Assembly (NCBI GenBank): GCA_035693825.1
Contig: DASSGB010000232.1
Location: 4,199-68,198 of the forward strand
Origin: Anaerolineales bacterium
Lineage (GTDB): Bacteria > Chloroflexota > Anaerolineae > Anaerolineales > E44-bin32
DNA: 64,000 nucleotides
Direction of reading: 5' to 3'
Program-made: the position numbers and the translations under genes
Part shown: piece by piece, positions 1 through 10,600 of the stretch
Position numbering within the stretch: the first letter of the stretch is position 1
How the letters are laid out: each line of letters opens with the position of its first letter
The notes under the pieces: generated by a model
What the model was told of the DNA's origin: nothing
Seen by the model: only the letters and a program-made list of their open reading frames with translations
Databases searched by the model: none

Positions 1-1
1 C

Positions 2-1435
2 CTGGCCCTTGCCTCCGGCGCCACGAGCGTGACCGCCATCTACGACGAGCCTCTCATCTTCGAGGCGCTCTCAGGTCCCTTCCTGGGTTTCACTCGGAGT
101 CTTGCAGTCGATCCCCGTGTGCAATGGATTGCCGGCCCGCAGCGGTCCGGCCTGGCTCGCCTGAGCGATGACTTCGACTTGATCGTCATCAGTCTCAGCG
201 ATCCCTACCGCCCGATCCGCTCCGGTGCTTTCAGCTTGAATGAGGAATATGGATTGACCCTGCAGGCGCTGACCGAGGCTCTCCAGCACCTGAAGCCGGA
301 CGGCCTGCTCGTCCTGACGCGCTGGCTCGGGACGCCCCCCAGCGATGAAACCCGCGCCTGGGCCACCCTGGTGGCGGCGATGTCAACGCCTGGTGCGGAA
401 GGCCCTGAAGACCGGATGCTGGCCTATCGGTCGATGCGCACCGCGACTCTGATCGCGAGTCCCCGTTCCTTCTCCCCGGCGGAGCTGGCCACGGTGCGCA
501 GCTTGCTCGAGGCCAGCGGCTACGATCCCATCTACCTTCCGGACCTGCGTCCGGAGGAGCTCAATCGACACAATCAGCTCCCCGAGGATGTCTACCACAC
601 GCTCTTCACCGGCTGGATGCTCGATCCCGAGACGACCCTCTCCCGCGCCGAAATGGATGTGCGCCCGACGAGCGACGACCGCCCCTTCTACTTTCAGTTC
701 TTCCGCTGGCGGCAGACGCCGGAGGTCCTGGCGCAGCTGGGGATGACGTGGCAACCATTTGGAGGAAGCGGGTTTCTTGTTCTCCTCCTCTTACTGGGAG
801 TTGTCCTGATCCTGGCCTTAGGGCTCGTGCTATTGACCGCGCGCCTCGCGCCTCGAGGCGGGACCTCACGGCCGAGCCCCGGTCGTTCGATGCTGTACTT
901 CGCCGCCGTCGGGCTGGGCTTCCTTGTGATCGAGGTAACGCTGATCCAGCAGCTCGTTCTGCTCCTGGATCGCCCGGGCCTATCTCTGGTGACGGTCTTG
1001 GGCGTCCTGCTTCTATCGTCGGGACTGGGGAGTCTGATCTCCCACCGCGTTCGACTCGTCCGGCTCCTGCCTTCGTTGGCGTTGTACGCCGCCATCCTGA
1101 CATGGGCCATTCCATGGCTCAGCCCAAGCGCTCTTGGCTGGCCCCTGCCGGCCAGGGTCGCCTTGTGCGCAGCCGTGCTTTTCCCACTGGGCGTCGGAAT
1201 GGGAATCCCCTTCGCCGGCGGACTCCGTCTGCTGGAGCGGATCGGCCCGCCCCTCGTACCCTGGGCGTGGACTGCCAACGGCGCGGCCTCCGGCGTGGCC
1301 GGCCCGGTGGCCGCGTTGCTCGTGCTCAGTGCCGGATTCAAGACGACCCTGGTCGTTGGAGCCGCGATGTATCTGATCGCGTGGCTGGTAGCGCCGCGCC
1401 ATCGAGATGCGGGCTACCAGTCTTCGGGAATGTAA
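2..1435 (+). CDS. Spermidine-synthase-like (SpeE-fold) domain fused to a C-terminal polytopic membrane domain; 5' partial
   Basis: The frame is open from the window edge, and the first listed codon (29) is a GTG inside an open frame. The N-terminal part resembles the SpeE/methyltransferase core (DLIVISLSDPY..., GLLVLTRW). The C-terminal 230 aa contain about 6 hydrophobic helices. Confidence 0.6.
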   Translation: MALASGATSVTAIYDEPLIFEALSGPFLGFTRSLAVDPRVQWIAGPQRSGLARLSDDFDLIVISLSDPYRPIRSGAFSLNEEYGLTLQALTEALQHLKPDGLLVLTRWLGTPPSDETRAWATLVAAMSTPGAEGPEDRMLAYRSMRTATLIASPRSFSPAELATVRSLLEASGYDPIYLPDLRPEELNRHNQLPEDVYHTLFTGWMLDPETTLSRAEMDVRPTSDDRPFYFQFFRWRQTPEVLAQLGMTWQPFGGSGFLVLLLLLGVVLILALGLVLLTARLAPRGGTSRPSPGRSMLYFAAVGLGFLVIEVTLIQQLVLLLDRPGLSLVTVLGVLLLSSGLGSLISHRVRLVRLLPSLALYAAILTWAIPWLSPSALGWPLPARVALCAAVLFPLGVGMGIPFAGGLRLLERIGPPLVPWAWTANGAASGVAGPVAALLVLSAGFKTTLVVGAAMYLIAWLVAPRHRDAGYQSSGM

Positions 1436-2229
1436 CCTGCCGGCTCCTCGTGCACCAGAGGCACGAACTGGACGCCCCCCAGGCTGGTCGACTGGAAGTC
1501 GTCGCCGGTGCGGCGGATCTTCCACAGCTCCTGATAGCCACCCGGCGGGCCGATCGGGATGACCAGCAGGCCCCCGTCGGCCAACTGCTCCAGCAGCGGC
1601 CTGGGGACATGATCGGGCGCGGCCGTCACGATGATGGCGGCATACGGAGCGTATTCCTCCCACCCGTTATAGCCGTCGGCGACGAGAACATCCACCTTAT
1701 ACCCCAGCCGTGCCAGCCGCTCGCGAGCCGGTTCTCCCAACTCGGGAATGATTTCCACCGTGTAGACCTCGATCCCCAATTGAGCCAGGACGGCCGCCTG
1801 ATAACCGGAACCTGTCCCGACCTCGAGCACTCGATCGCCCGGGCTGACTTCAAGCTCCTGACTCATCAAGGCCACGATGTACGGCTGCGAGATCGTCTGT
1901 CCGTAGCCAATCGGGAGAGGATGGTTCTCGTAGGCCTGCCCCAGGAACTCCTCGAGCACGAACTCATGACGCGGGACCGAGCGCATGACGGCGATGACCG
2001 CTTCGTCGGTGATCCCCCAACCCACAATGCCTTCATCGACCATCGCCTGCCGCGCGGCGGCAAACCCCTCTTCCGCTTGGGGTGAGACGGCGCGCGGCTC
2101 CGAACGTGTGACCCGGAGGTACAGGCCCAGCAGAATCAGAAGGATGCCCCCGCTGGCCAGAAGGCGAAAACGCAGTGATGGCGGCCTTGCATCGCTCTGC
2201 GTGTCTGGCGAACCCGCCTTGTCGGTCAT
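1414..2229 (-). CDS. pcm: Protein-L-isoaspartate O-methyltransferase with an N-terminal membrane anchor
   Basis: Contains GYGQTISQPYIVALM and the SAM motif VLEVGTGSGYQAAVLA, followed by ...VIPIG. ATG start. Its 3' end overlaps the convergent upstream gene by 22 nt. Confidence 0.9.
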   Translation of the reverse strand: MTDKAGSPDTQSDARPPSLRFRLLASGGILLILLGLYLRVTRSEPRAVSPQAEEGFAAARQAMVDEGIVGWGITDEAVIAVMRSVPRHEFVLEEFLGQAYENHPLPIGYGQTISQPYIVALMSQELEVSPGDRVLEVGTGSGYQAAVLAQLGIEVYTVEIIPELGEPARERLARLGYKVDVLVADGYNGWEEYAPYAAIIVTAAPDHVPRPLLEQLADGGLLVIPIGPPGGYQELWKIRRTGDDFQSTSLGGVQFVPLVHEEPAGYIPEDW

Positions 2230-2283
2230 ATCCAGGACTCGTGAGCTTTAGGGCTCGATCCTCATCCCGATTGTACTTCCGGG

Positions 2284-2682
2284 TCAGGCAACGGCCTTGG
2301 CGCTCACCGAGACCGACGGCGGATGCTCGAGATGCTTCTTGACCGAGCACAGTTCGGCGGATCGAACCAATGCCGGAAGATACTTCTTGGGAAAGTCCTC
2401 GGGAACGAGGATCTCGATGTCCATGGCTTCGACCATTCCGGTCTGGCGGTTGCCGTGGACTCGCTGAACCAGCCGAACTCCCTGGGTGGGCAGGTTCTTC
2501 TTTCGAAGGTAGCTCAGCACGTAGGCGCCGGCGCAGGTGCCCATGGAGGCCAGAAAATGGGCGAACGGCGTGGGAGCCGCCCCTTCGCCTCCATCTTCCG
2601 GGGGCTGATCGGTGTGCACGCGAAAACCGGCGAACGCGGCGTCGACCTGCGCTCCCCCTTGAAAGGTGATCTCCAACTTCAT
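2284..2682 (-). CDS. OsmC family peroxiredoxin-like protein
   Basis: 132 aa with OsmC-type Cys positions (MGTCAGAY..., AELCSVKKHL). GGAGGG Shine-Dalgarno (SD) sequence upstream of the ATG. Confidence 0.8.
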   Translation of the reverse strand: MKLEITFQGGAQVDAAFAGFRVHTDQPPEDGGEGAAPTPFAHFLASMGTCAGAYVLSYLRKKNLPTQGVRLVQRVHGNRQTGMVEAMDIEILVPEDFPKKYLPALVRSAELCSVKKHLEHPPSVSVSAKAVA

Positions 2683-2746
2683 GAACCCTCCGAGGCGGAC
2701 CCTGCTATCGATTAGGATTGGCCCGTCGCAAGTGTGAAGGAAGACA

Positions 2747-3160
2747 GTGTCCGCGTACGATCCGGTCGCCCTTCGAACACGAAACGCCCGGCGCGTGCTG
2801 TACGACGGCGAGTGCGGTGTCTGCCTGCTTCTGGCCGCACAAGCCCGGAAGCGAGACGACCGGCAGCGGCTCGAACTCCTTCCTTATCAGACCCAGGCTA
2901 CCGCCGACTTGCCGGCCAGGGTATCGAAGAACGACCTGGAATGTGCCCTGCACGTTGTCCTCGAGGATGGCAAGGTTGTGAGAGGGGCACAGGCGGTGTT
3001 CGCAGTTCTCGAGGCGCTGCCGGCTCCCTGGTCCTGGGCGGCGCGCATGGGATCCGCGCCGCCTGCATTGTGGTTGGCGGAGAAGCTCTATCCCCTGTTC
3101 GCGCGCCACCGCAGCCTCTGGTCGCGCTGGATGGGGATGCGCTCGGATCCCCGAGACTGA
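2747..3160 (+). CDS. DCC1-like thiol-disulfide oxidoreductase (DUF393)
   Basis: Contains VLYDGECGVC near the N-terminus, typical of the DCC family. GTG start with a GAAGGAAG SD. Confidence 0.7.
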   Translation: MSAYDPVALRTRNARRVLYDGECGVCLLLAAQARKRDDRQRLELLPYQTQATADLPARVSKNDLECALHVVLEDGKVVRGAQAVFAVLEALPAPWSWAARMGSAPPALWLAEKLYPLFARHRSLWSRWMGMRSDPRD

Positions 3161-3183
3161 ATGTCCCACCCGGCCACAAACAA

Positions 3184-3208
3184 ACCGGGCGGCCCAGGGC
3201 CGCCCGGT
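3184..3208. terminator. GC-rich palindrome between convergent genes (candidate bidirectional terminator)
   Basis: ACCGGGCGGCCC-A-GGGCCGCCCGGT lies between the stop at 3160 (+) and the stop at 3234 (-). The U-tract is weak. Confidence 0.4.
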
Positions 3209-3233
3209 CGATTTCGCCGGAAGAACGTGACGA

Positions 3234-3818
3234 CTAGAAACCCAGAATCTGCAAGGGCGCGTACAGGATCTCCGGGTAGTAGAGGTCCATGAACCACAGG
3301 AAGCCTGCGCACGCGGCCAGGAGGATCAGACAGCCGCACCCGGCGAGGACCCAACGCCGGTTGCCGGCGCGCGCAGGGACTTCGCCGGCCGGCATCGGCG
3401 GTGCGGCCGCAGGCGGCATAGGAGTTGCCGGGCGCGGCGGAGGCGCGGTGGGCGGCGGGGAGGGCCGCGCCCCTCGCGCCACAGGGCCCATGACCGTGGC
3501 CGCGGCTTCCGGCGCCGTCGATTCGAACGTCAGGGTGACGTTCTCACCCATCCCGACCAGATCACCCGACATCAACACCCGGGGCGAAACCAGGCGGTCT
3601 CCATTAACGAACGTCCCGTTCGTGGACCCCAGGTCCTCCAGTACCATCCCCCCGGGCGTGCGCGAGATCCGCGAGTGCTGGCGGCTGATCTCGGCGTCGC
3701 CCAGGACGATGTCGTTGGTGACGTCCCGGCCGAGCATGGTGACGTCCTTGGTCAGATCGAAAACCATCCCTGGGTTCGGGCCGGTGCGGACGATCAATCG
3801 GTGGGATGCGGGCGCCAT
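3234..3818 (-). CDS. FHA domain protein with a Pro-rich linker and a C-terminal transmembrane helix
   Basis: FHA signature (MLGRDVTNDIVLGDAEISRQHSRI..., GSTNGTFVNG). The C-terminus WVLAGCGCLILLAACAGFLWF is hydrophobic. GAGGAGG SD. Confidence 0.85.
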   Translation of the reverse strand: MAPASHRLIVRTGPNPGMVFDLTKDVTMLGRDVTNDIVLGDAEISRQHSRISRTPGGMVLEDLGSTNGTFVNGDRLVSPRVLMSGDLVGMGENVTLTFESTAPEAAATVMGPVARGARPSPPPTAPPPRPATPMPPAAAPPMPAGEVPARAGNRRWVLAGCGCLILLAACAGFLWFMDLYYPEILYAPLQILGF

Positions 3819-3890
3819 GGATAATCCTCCTCGTGCCGTCCTGAGAAGGTAGTGTACAAGCGCAGTCGAGCGCCGTCAACCGGCGCAGCG

Positions 3891-5204
3891 TCAGCGGCTG
3901 CGCACGCGTAAGCGCAGCCCATCGACGCTGCTCACGACGACTCTTTCGCCGACAGGCACCGGCCCGGCGCCTTCCTCCACTTCGGCCGACCACAGTTCTC
4001 CAGCGACCTGCACCTGACCGACGGGGTCGAGCGCCTCGCGCACTTCACCGACGCGTCCAACCAGCGCCGCGCTTCCCACGCCCAGCGGCGCTCGCTGGGC
4101 GCGCAGCACGAAGGTCAGGATGGTCAGGAAGGCCGCAGCCATGGCCAGGCCCACGCCGACCACCAGAGGAACGGAGACCCGTTGGAAGGTGGGGGTGGTC
4201 GGGGAATTGAAAAGCACGAGGGCACCGACAACAAAGGAGGCAAGCCCGGCTGCCGTCAGGGCGCCATGCGTCGGAGCTTTGATGTCCAGGACGAAGAGCA
4301 CGAAGGACGTGCCGAGAAAGATGAGGCCGAACCAGTTGACCGGAAGGATTCCCAGGCCGTAGGCGCCGAGCGCCAGCGCCACCACGCCGACAAATCCCGC
4401 CACCCAGCCTCCGGGGCTGGAGAGTTCGATGAGGATCGCCTGCACGCCGAGAGAGATCAGCAGAAAGACGATGTTCGGATTGGTGAGCGCGCCCAGCACC
4501 TGCTCGATGAACGAAGGTTGAACCTCGGTGACGATCGCGCCGCGGGTGCGCAGCACGTGCGGCCCGCCTTCCAGCTCCACGCTGCGGCCGTCTAGGCCGC
4601 TCAGCAGTTCCTCCAGGTCGTCGGCAATCAGGTCGATCAACCCCACCTGGAGCGCCTCGTCGGCGGAGACGGCCCGCGCCGATTCCACCGTGGCCTCAGC
4701 CAGGGCCACCGCCTCGGGGCCGCGCCGGGAGGCGAGGCCCCGAACCGTCGCCCTGAGAATCTCTTTCTCCTTGGCCTCGATGGTCTCGCCCAGGTCCTCG
4801 CCCTGGGACCCGACCGGGCTGGCGGCGCCGATCGCCGTTTCAGGCGCCATGCCCAGAGCATGGCCGGCCAGGGAGATCATCGTGCCGGCGCTGCCGGCGA
4901 TCGCGCCTCGCGGGGCGACGTACACAATCACCGGGGTCGGGCTGGAACGAATCGCCCGGACCATGCGATTCATGAGGTCGATCGAACCGCCGGGTGTGTC
5001 CAACTGCAAGACGACCGCGTCCGATCCATGATTGGTGGCTGTCGCCAACCCCCGCTCGAGGTATTCGGCCATGGCCGGAGTCAGGGGCCCGGAGGCCTTC
5101 AACAAAAGGACCTGGGGCGCATCCTGGCGTGGGGGCGTGGCCGCCAGGCTGGCTGCTGTCAGCCAGGCCAGAAGCAGGAGGCGTCGGCGGCGAACACCGG
5201 TCAT
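3891..5204 (-). CDS. NfeD-family membrane-bound serine protease (ClpP/S49-like N-domain, TM block, C-terminal OB-fold)
   Basis: Signal/anchor, then the protease-like core VLQLDTPGGSIDLM...GSAGTMISLAG, then 4-5 TM helices, then an NfeD OB-like tail (GELWSAEVEEG...VVVSSVDGLRLRV). Confidence 0.8.
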   Translation of the reverse strand: MTGVRRRRLLLLAWLTAASLAATPPRQDAPQVLLLKASGPLTPAMAEYLERGLATATNHGSDAVVLQLDTPGGSIDLMNRMVRAIRSSPTPVIVYVAPRGAIAGSAGTMISLAGHALGMAPETAIGAASPVGSQGEDLGETIEAKEKEILRATVRGLASRRGPEAVALAEATVESARAVSADEALQVGLIDLIADDLEELLSGLDGRSVELEGGPHVLRTRGAIVTEVQPSFIEQVLGALTNPNIVFLLISLGVQAILIELSSPGGWVAGFVGVVALALGAYGLGILPVNWFGLIFLGTSFVLFVLDIKAPTHGALTAAGLASFVVGALVLFNSPTTPTFQRVSVPLVVGVGLAMAAAFLTILTFVLRAQRAPLGVGSAALVGRVGEVREALDPVGQVQVAGELWSAEVEEGAGPVPVGERVVVSSVDGLRLRVRSR

Positions 5205-5293
5205 GATGTCGGATTATAGCCCTCGGCTTGTGCGGCCTCTCGACTGACGTATACTTCGTCCCGTACACGGCGCTGGGGGTCGTGGAGCCTTTC

Positions 5294-6172
5294 ATGAAGG
5301 TCATCGACAAGTCCGAATTCCGCGACGAAAACGGTCAGATTAGCCTCGAGAACCGCGTTCGGGGAACTTTGCGCTACGGTGGTCCCTGGTACGGGATCAT
5401 GCAGGCCCAGGTCGAGGTCACGGAGCGCCTGTCGAAAAGCCTGGGGAAGGACTACAGCCTGTTGCGGAACATACTGGTTCCGAATACAGGGTTGATCGCT
5501 TCCATGATCCTTGTCGGTCCGCAGGGAGTGCGCGCCTTGATGGCCACGCCCGTGGGTGGCGTCTTCCGGGCCAAAGGCGATGAGTGGCTGGTGCAGGCCT
5601 CCGGCGGCTTCCGCAAGTCGCTCCCCAACCTGCAGCAGTTGGCGGTCGGCACGGCCGAAGTCGTGCTGACCTTCCTCCGGGAGAAAGGCCTCGGGCTGCC
5701 GGATCTCGAGCCGGTGTTGATCTTCACCAACCCGAGGGCGCACGTCGACACGGCCCATCCGCGGGCGCGCATCGTGATGGCCGACGCCATCGAGCATTTC
5801 GCGGCGAACCTTCTCCAAGCCGATCCGATCATGGACGCCGAGGACGTTCAGGTGGTGGTCGATGCGCTCCTGCGGCCGCCCAAGGCGCCTGAGCCGGAGC
5901 CAGAACCGGCTCCGCCTGCTCCCGCGCGCCGCATGGCTCCACCGCCGCCTCCCCGCACAGCCCCGATCTCGGGCCCGTTCCCGGATGAGGCACCCGTGGC
6001 GGGCGCCGGGCCATTCAAACTCGATGAGAGGCCCGCGCCGCTTCCAGGAAGCCGAAGGCTGCCGCGTCTGAGCCTTCGACAATGGGCTCTGCTGGGGTTC
6101 ATGCTGGCGGTTGAGGTGGTGATCATCGTTGTCTTCGCCCTCGTGATCGCCCAGAACGCCTACCTCTTCTGA
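5294..6172 (+). CDS. NERD-domain-like protein with a Pro-rich region and a C-terminal TM helix
   Basis: The pattern YSLLRNILVP...ILVGPQGVRALMA...GDEW resembles NERD. I moved the start to the ATG at 5294 (MKVIDKSEF). The last 30 aa are hydrophobic. Confidence 0.5.
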   Translation: MKVIDKSEFRDENGQISLENRVRGTLRYGGPWYGIMQAQVEVTERLSKSLGKDYSLLRNILVPNTGLIASMILVGPQGVRALMATPVGGVFRAKGDEWLVQASGGFRKSLPNLQQLAVGTAEVVLTFLREKGLGLPDLEPVLIFTNPRAHVDTAHPRARIVMADAIEHFAANLLQADPIMDAEDVQVVVDALLRPPKAPEPEPEPAPPAPARRMAPPPPPRTAPISGPFPDEAPVAGAGPFKLDERPAPLPGSRRLPRLSLRQWALLGFMLAVEVVIIVVFALVIAQNAYLF

Positions 6173-6182
6173 CCGCCGTACC

Positions 6183-6941
6183 TTGACTCCTTTCCTTTCA
6201 GTGATCGTTCCGGCCCACAACGAGGAGCGACGGCTTCCGTCGAGCCTGGCTCGCATTCGATCCTTTCTGGCCGCCCAGGCCTATGAGTCGGAATTGATCG
6301 TTGTCGACAGCGGAAGCACCGACGGCACGGCAGCCGTCGCCCGCCGGCACGCCGCCGACAGCCACGGGCTGCGTTTGTTCCAGGAGGCCCTTCCAGGGAA
6401 GGGCCGGGCGGTGCGGCGCGGCATGCTCGAAGCGCGCGGGGATTACCGCTTCATCTGCGATGCCGATCTGTCTATGCCCATCGAGGAACTGCCCCGGTTT
6501 CTTCCACCGGCGCAGCCCTCGGCCGATATCGCCATCGGCTCGCGCGAGGCGTCCGGCGCGCGGCGCTACGGTGAGCCGGCCTACCGGCACTGGATCGGCC
6601 GGGTGTTTAACGCTACCGTGCGCCTGCTGGCCATCCCCGACTTCCAGGATACACAGTGCGGATTCAAATGCCTCCGCGCCGGGCCGGCCGAGGATCTGTT
6701 CTCCGTGCAGCGGATGGATGGATGGAGCTTCGACGTCGAAATGCTTTACATTGCCCTGCGCCGCGGCTACCGCATCGTTGAGATTCCGATCCCCTGGTAT
6801 TTCGAGCCGGGCAGCCGGGTCCGCATCGTGCAGGACTCCTTCCACATGCTCATCGATCTCTTCCGCATTCGCCGCAACTGGGCGCGAGGTTTGTATGCGC
6901 GGACCCGGGACTCATCGTCCGAGCCTGGCTCTCGAGCGTAG
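6183..6941 (+). CDS. Family 2 glycosyltransferase (polyprenyl-phosphate glycosyltransferase-like)
   Basis: Contains LSVIVPAHNEE...LIVVDSGSTDGT...DADLS. TTG start. Confidence 0.85.
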   Translation: MTPFLSVIVPAHNEERRLPSSLARIRSFLAAQAYESELIVVDSGSTDGTAAVARRHAADSHGLRLFQEALPGKGRAVRRGMLEARGDYRFICDADLSMPIEELPRFLPPAQPSADIAIGSREASGARRYGEPAYRHWIGRVFNATVRLLAIPDFQDTQCGFKCLRAGPAEDLFSVQRMDGWSFDVEMLYIALRRGYRIVEIPIPWYFEPGSRVRIVQDSFHMLIDLFRIRRNWARGLYARTRDSSSEPGSRA

Positions 6942-7575
6942 GCTGGCCGCTTCGAGCCAACTGCGCCTCGCCGGACTGGACGAAGTCGGCCGGGGTGCGC
7001 TGGCCGGCCCGCTGGTGGCAGCGGCCGTCATCCTGCCTCTCGAGCACCGCGGCCTGCGCCGCGTCCTGGACGGCGTGCGCGACTCGAAACAGATGACCGA
7101 CGGCCAGCGCAGGCGGTGGGCCGACCGCCTGCGCCAGGTGGCCCTGGATCACGGACTCGGCCTGGCCACTGCGGCCGAGGTCGATGCCATCGGGCCCCTG
7201 GCCGGGACGTTGCTGGCGATGGAACGCGCGCTCGAGGCCCTGAGTCTTCATCCGGGCCATCTGCTGTTGGACCACGTCGCCCTGCCCAACGTCGCCGTGG
7301 CCCAGACCTCGGTGACGCATGGAGATGCAAGCGTGCTCTCCATCGCCTGTGCCTCGGTGCTGGCCAAGGTATGGCGCGACGACCTGATGCTGATGTATGA
7401 GCGCACGTTCCCGGGCTACGGCTTCGGCCACCACAAGGGTTACGGAACGCCCGAGCATCTCCAGGCCCTGGCGCGGCTGGGCCCCTGCCCCCTTCACCGC
7501 CTCTCGTTCCGCGCCACCGCGGCCGGCACCGATGCCGAATGGATTTCGGCGCCGGCCGACGCAAGCATCATCTGA
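6895..7575 (+). CDS. rnhB: Ribonuclease HII
   Basis: GLDEVGRGALAGPLVAAAV motif, then ...DSKQ...HKGYGT. The first in-frame ATG is at 6895 and overlaps the GT2 gene by 47 nt. The longer listed ORF (6301) is an upstream extension. Confidence 0.85.
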   Translation: MRGPGTHRPSLALERRLAASSQLRLAGLDEVGRGALAGPLVAAAVILPLEHRGLRRVLDGVRDSKQMTDGQRRRWADRLRQVALDHGLGLATAAEVDAIGPLAGTLLAMERALEALSLHPGHLLLDHVALPNVAVAQTSVTHGDASVLSIACASVLAKVWRDDLMLMYERTFPGYGFGHHKGYGTPEHLQALARLGPCPLHRLSFRATAAGTDAEWISAPADASII

Positions 7576-7610
7576 CCTCCGCCCACAGCCCGTTCCCCGG
7601 CTGCGCAAGC

Positions 7611-7648
7611 CCCAAGCGCGCGGGCCGGCTCGCGCGTCCGCGCTTGGG
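7611..7648. terminator. Hairpin between convergent rnhB and the kinase gene
   Basis: CCCAAGCGCG...CGCGCTTGGG forms a 10-bp stem. There is no clear U-tract. Confidence 0.35.
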
Positions 7649-7670
7649 TGGCGCCTTGCGCCGCGCGCCG

Positions 7671-10600
7671 TCAGGCGGAGGGGGTCGCCTCGGTTGTCTT
7701 GAGCCAGATGGTGAACGTGGTCCCCTCACCCGTGCGGCTGGTGAAGGTGATGCGGCCGCCGTGACGATCGAGGATCTCGCGGCAGATGGCCAGGCCGAGG
7801 CCGGTGCCGGAGGTGTTCATCAGGCGGCTGGCGCTGCCGCGGAAGAACCGGCTGAACAGGTTGGGTTTTTCGTCGTCCGGGATTCCCAGGCCGGTATCAG
7901 CCACCGATAGGCGAACCCAGGACCCATCGGCGTCTTGGGCCACATCGGTGCTAATGCGAATGGCGCCACCGGGGGGCGTGTAGTTCATGGCGTTGGTCAT
8001 GAGATTGGCCAGGACCTGAGCCAGCATCCTCTCGTCGGCCATCACCACCGGCAGACCCGCCATCGGCTCGTAGGACAGCGAAAGACTCTTTTGATGCATG
8101 AGCCTCCGCCGGTCCTCCACGAGGCCGAGGGCCAGTCGATTCAGATCGATCGGCTCCGGCTGCGGCACGGCCGTTCCGGCATCGAGGCGCGATACCGCCA
8201 GCAAGTCTTCGATGAGGGAAACGAGACGCTCTGTTTCGCGATTGAGCGTCTCCATGTAGTTGGCAAACTTTTCCGGCCGACCGCGATCCACCAGCTCCAG
8301 GTACAGGCGAATATTGGTCAGAGGCGTGCGCAGCTCATGCGAAACATCGGCCACGAACTGCGTCTTCAATCGATCGGCTTCGCGGGCCTGTTCCAATGCT
8401 TTCGCCAGCTCGGCCGTCCGGTCCGAGACGGTTTGCTCCAGCTCGGCCATATTGCGGCGCAGGCGGTCGTAGAGTGCCGCGTTCTCCAACGCCACCGACA
8501 CCTGGTCGGCCAGGAGGGTCAGCAGGTGAAGGTCCTCCTCCGTCAAACGGCCGCGCTCGGGCGTCTCGACATTCAGGACGCCGACCACCAGATCTTCTTT
8601 GTAGAGGGGCACGGCGATCTCGGCGACGGTCGTCGGCACGCCCACGACGTAATCCGGGTCCTGACGCACATCGGGCACGTAGGCCGGCCGATTGGTGCGC
8701 ACAGCGCGGCCGATAACGCCGCGCTTGATCGGCACGCGTTTCTCTCCGATGGCCATCGTGTCCTTGGCCGCCCGCAACACCAGGACGTCGTCTTCGATCA
8801 GAAAGATCTCCACCACGGGGTACCCGAGGACGTCGCTGACCTGCCGGACGACTTCATCCAGCAGGGCTTCCATCTCCAGGCGACGGTTGACCGTCTGGGC
8901 CACGTTCTGCAGAGCCGCTCGTTCCGCCAGCCGACGCGTCACCTCCTGGTAGCGGCGGGCGTTGGCCAGAGCCAGCCCGACCTGCCAGCCGACAGCCTCC
9001 AGCAGCAGGAGATGCTCCTGTTGAAAGACCTCCGATCGCAAGACGGTCATCACGCCCAGGATCTCCTGACCCGTCAGGATGGGGGCCGTGATCGCCGAAC
9101 CTGGGCCGTGGTTGAGGGCCCGAAGGTGGAGCCAGCGCTCATCCTGCAGCACCTCGCGAACGAGGGCGGATTGCCGATGCGCCACGACCCAACCCTCCAG
9201 GCCGCGGCCGGTTCGCATGCCGAGGATTCGATCGAGGCTGTCCACGTCCATGCCGAGATCACCGGCGGTCGCCGTGAGCCGTAGCCGGCCGCTTTGAGAA
9301 TCGAGGAGGTAGGCCGTGCCCCACTCGGCATCCAGGTTGGCGGTCGTCAGGCGAACAGCTCGCTCGAGAATCTCCGTCAGGTCGACGCTGGCCGAAAGCT
9401 CGCGGGTGATATCGAACAGCAGGCGGAGCCGACGCCGCTCGGTGTCGATGGTCTCGAACAACCGCGCGTTCTCCAGGGCGATCGCCGTCTGATCTGCCAG
9501 GAGCTCGAGCGCCCGCAGCTCATCCTGGTCCAGATCGGTCGGCCGCCCGAAGGCCATGGTCATCACACCCCGCACCCGACCGGCGGCCAGGATGGGGATC
9601 CCGAGAATCGTCCCCGACCACGGACTGTCCTGGAACATCGGATCGGTGCTGGCGTCGGCCACGATGATCCGCTGGCCCGTGCGCGCCACGCTGTAGGTCA
9701 GTCCGTGGGGCCTCGGCTCGGAAAACGGCGCGGGATGGAACTCGCCGTCCCAATAGGCCGCGCCGAAGGCCAACTTCTCTCCGTCGTACATGAAGATGTG
9801 CGCGTCCTTGGCTCGCGCCAGCTTGAGAGCCTCCTCCAGGACGCTTTCCAGCACCGGCCTCAGCTCCAGGCTGGAGGTCAGGCGCAGGCTGGCCCGCCGA
9901 ATGCCCTCCAGTTCGGCCGTCCTTCGTCGCTCCGCCTCCAGCGCGCGCACGCGGGCGATGGCCAGCGCCACCTGCCCGGCGGCCTGCTCGCAGAGGTTGA
10001 TCTCCTCCGGAGTGAAGGCGTGAGGTCGTTCGAAGGTCAGGAGCGCCGCCCCCACGCGCGTTTCGCCCACGACCAGCGGCAACCCGAGGGCTGACCGCAC
10101 GAGGAAACGTTGGCTGAGAGACTGGCTGACATAGGGCGTGGCGCTGACATCATCGATGGCGAGGGGATGGCCGACCTTCAACACGCTCTCGGTCAGAGTC
10201 TGTTCTCCGGGCTCGGGCCCCATGGCGGGATACGTGTCGCGGAAAGTTCCGAAGGCGGCCGCCGGCAGGACGGTTCGATGCCCCTCATCCCACAACGTCA
10301 GGTAGCACGCGTCGGCTTCAATCAGCGACGCCATCCGGTCGGCCATCTCCTGCACCAGCGGCTGCAGCTCCGTGAGGGCCATGCCGGCGCGGGTGATACC
10401 GTGAAGCAGGGAAAGCTGGCGGAAACGGCGCTCGGCGGCTTCGAGCAAACGCGCGTTCTCCAGAACCACGGCCGCCTGATTGGCGAAGACCGTCAGCAGT
10501 CTGAGGTCGGCGTCGTTGAACGCGGATTCGGAGCGAAACCGGAGAACGTGGAGGATGCCGGTCACCCGCCCCTGCCAGACCATCGGGGCACTGATCACGG

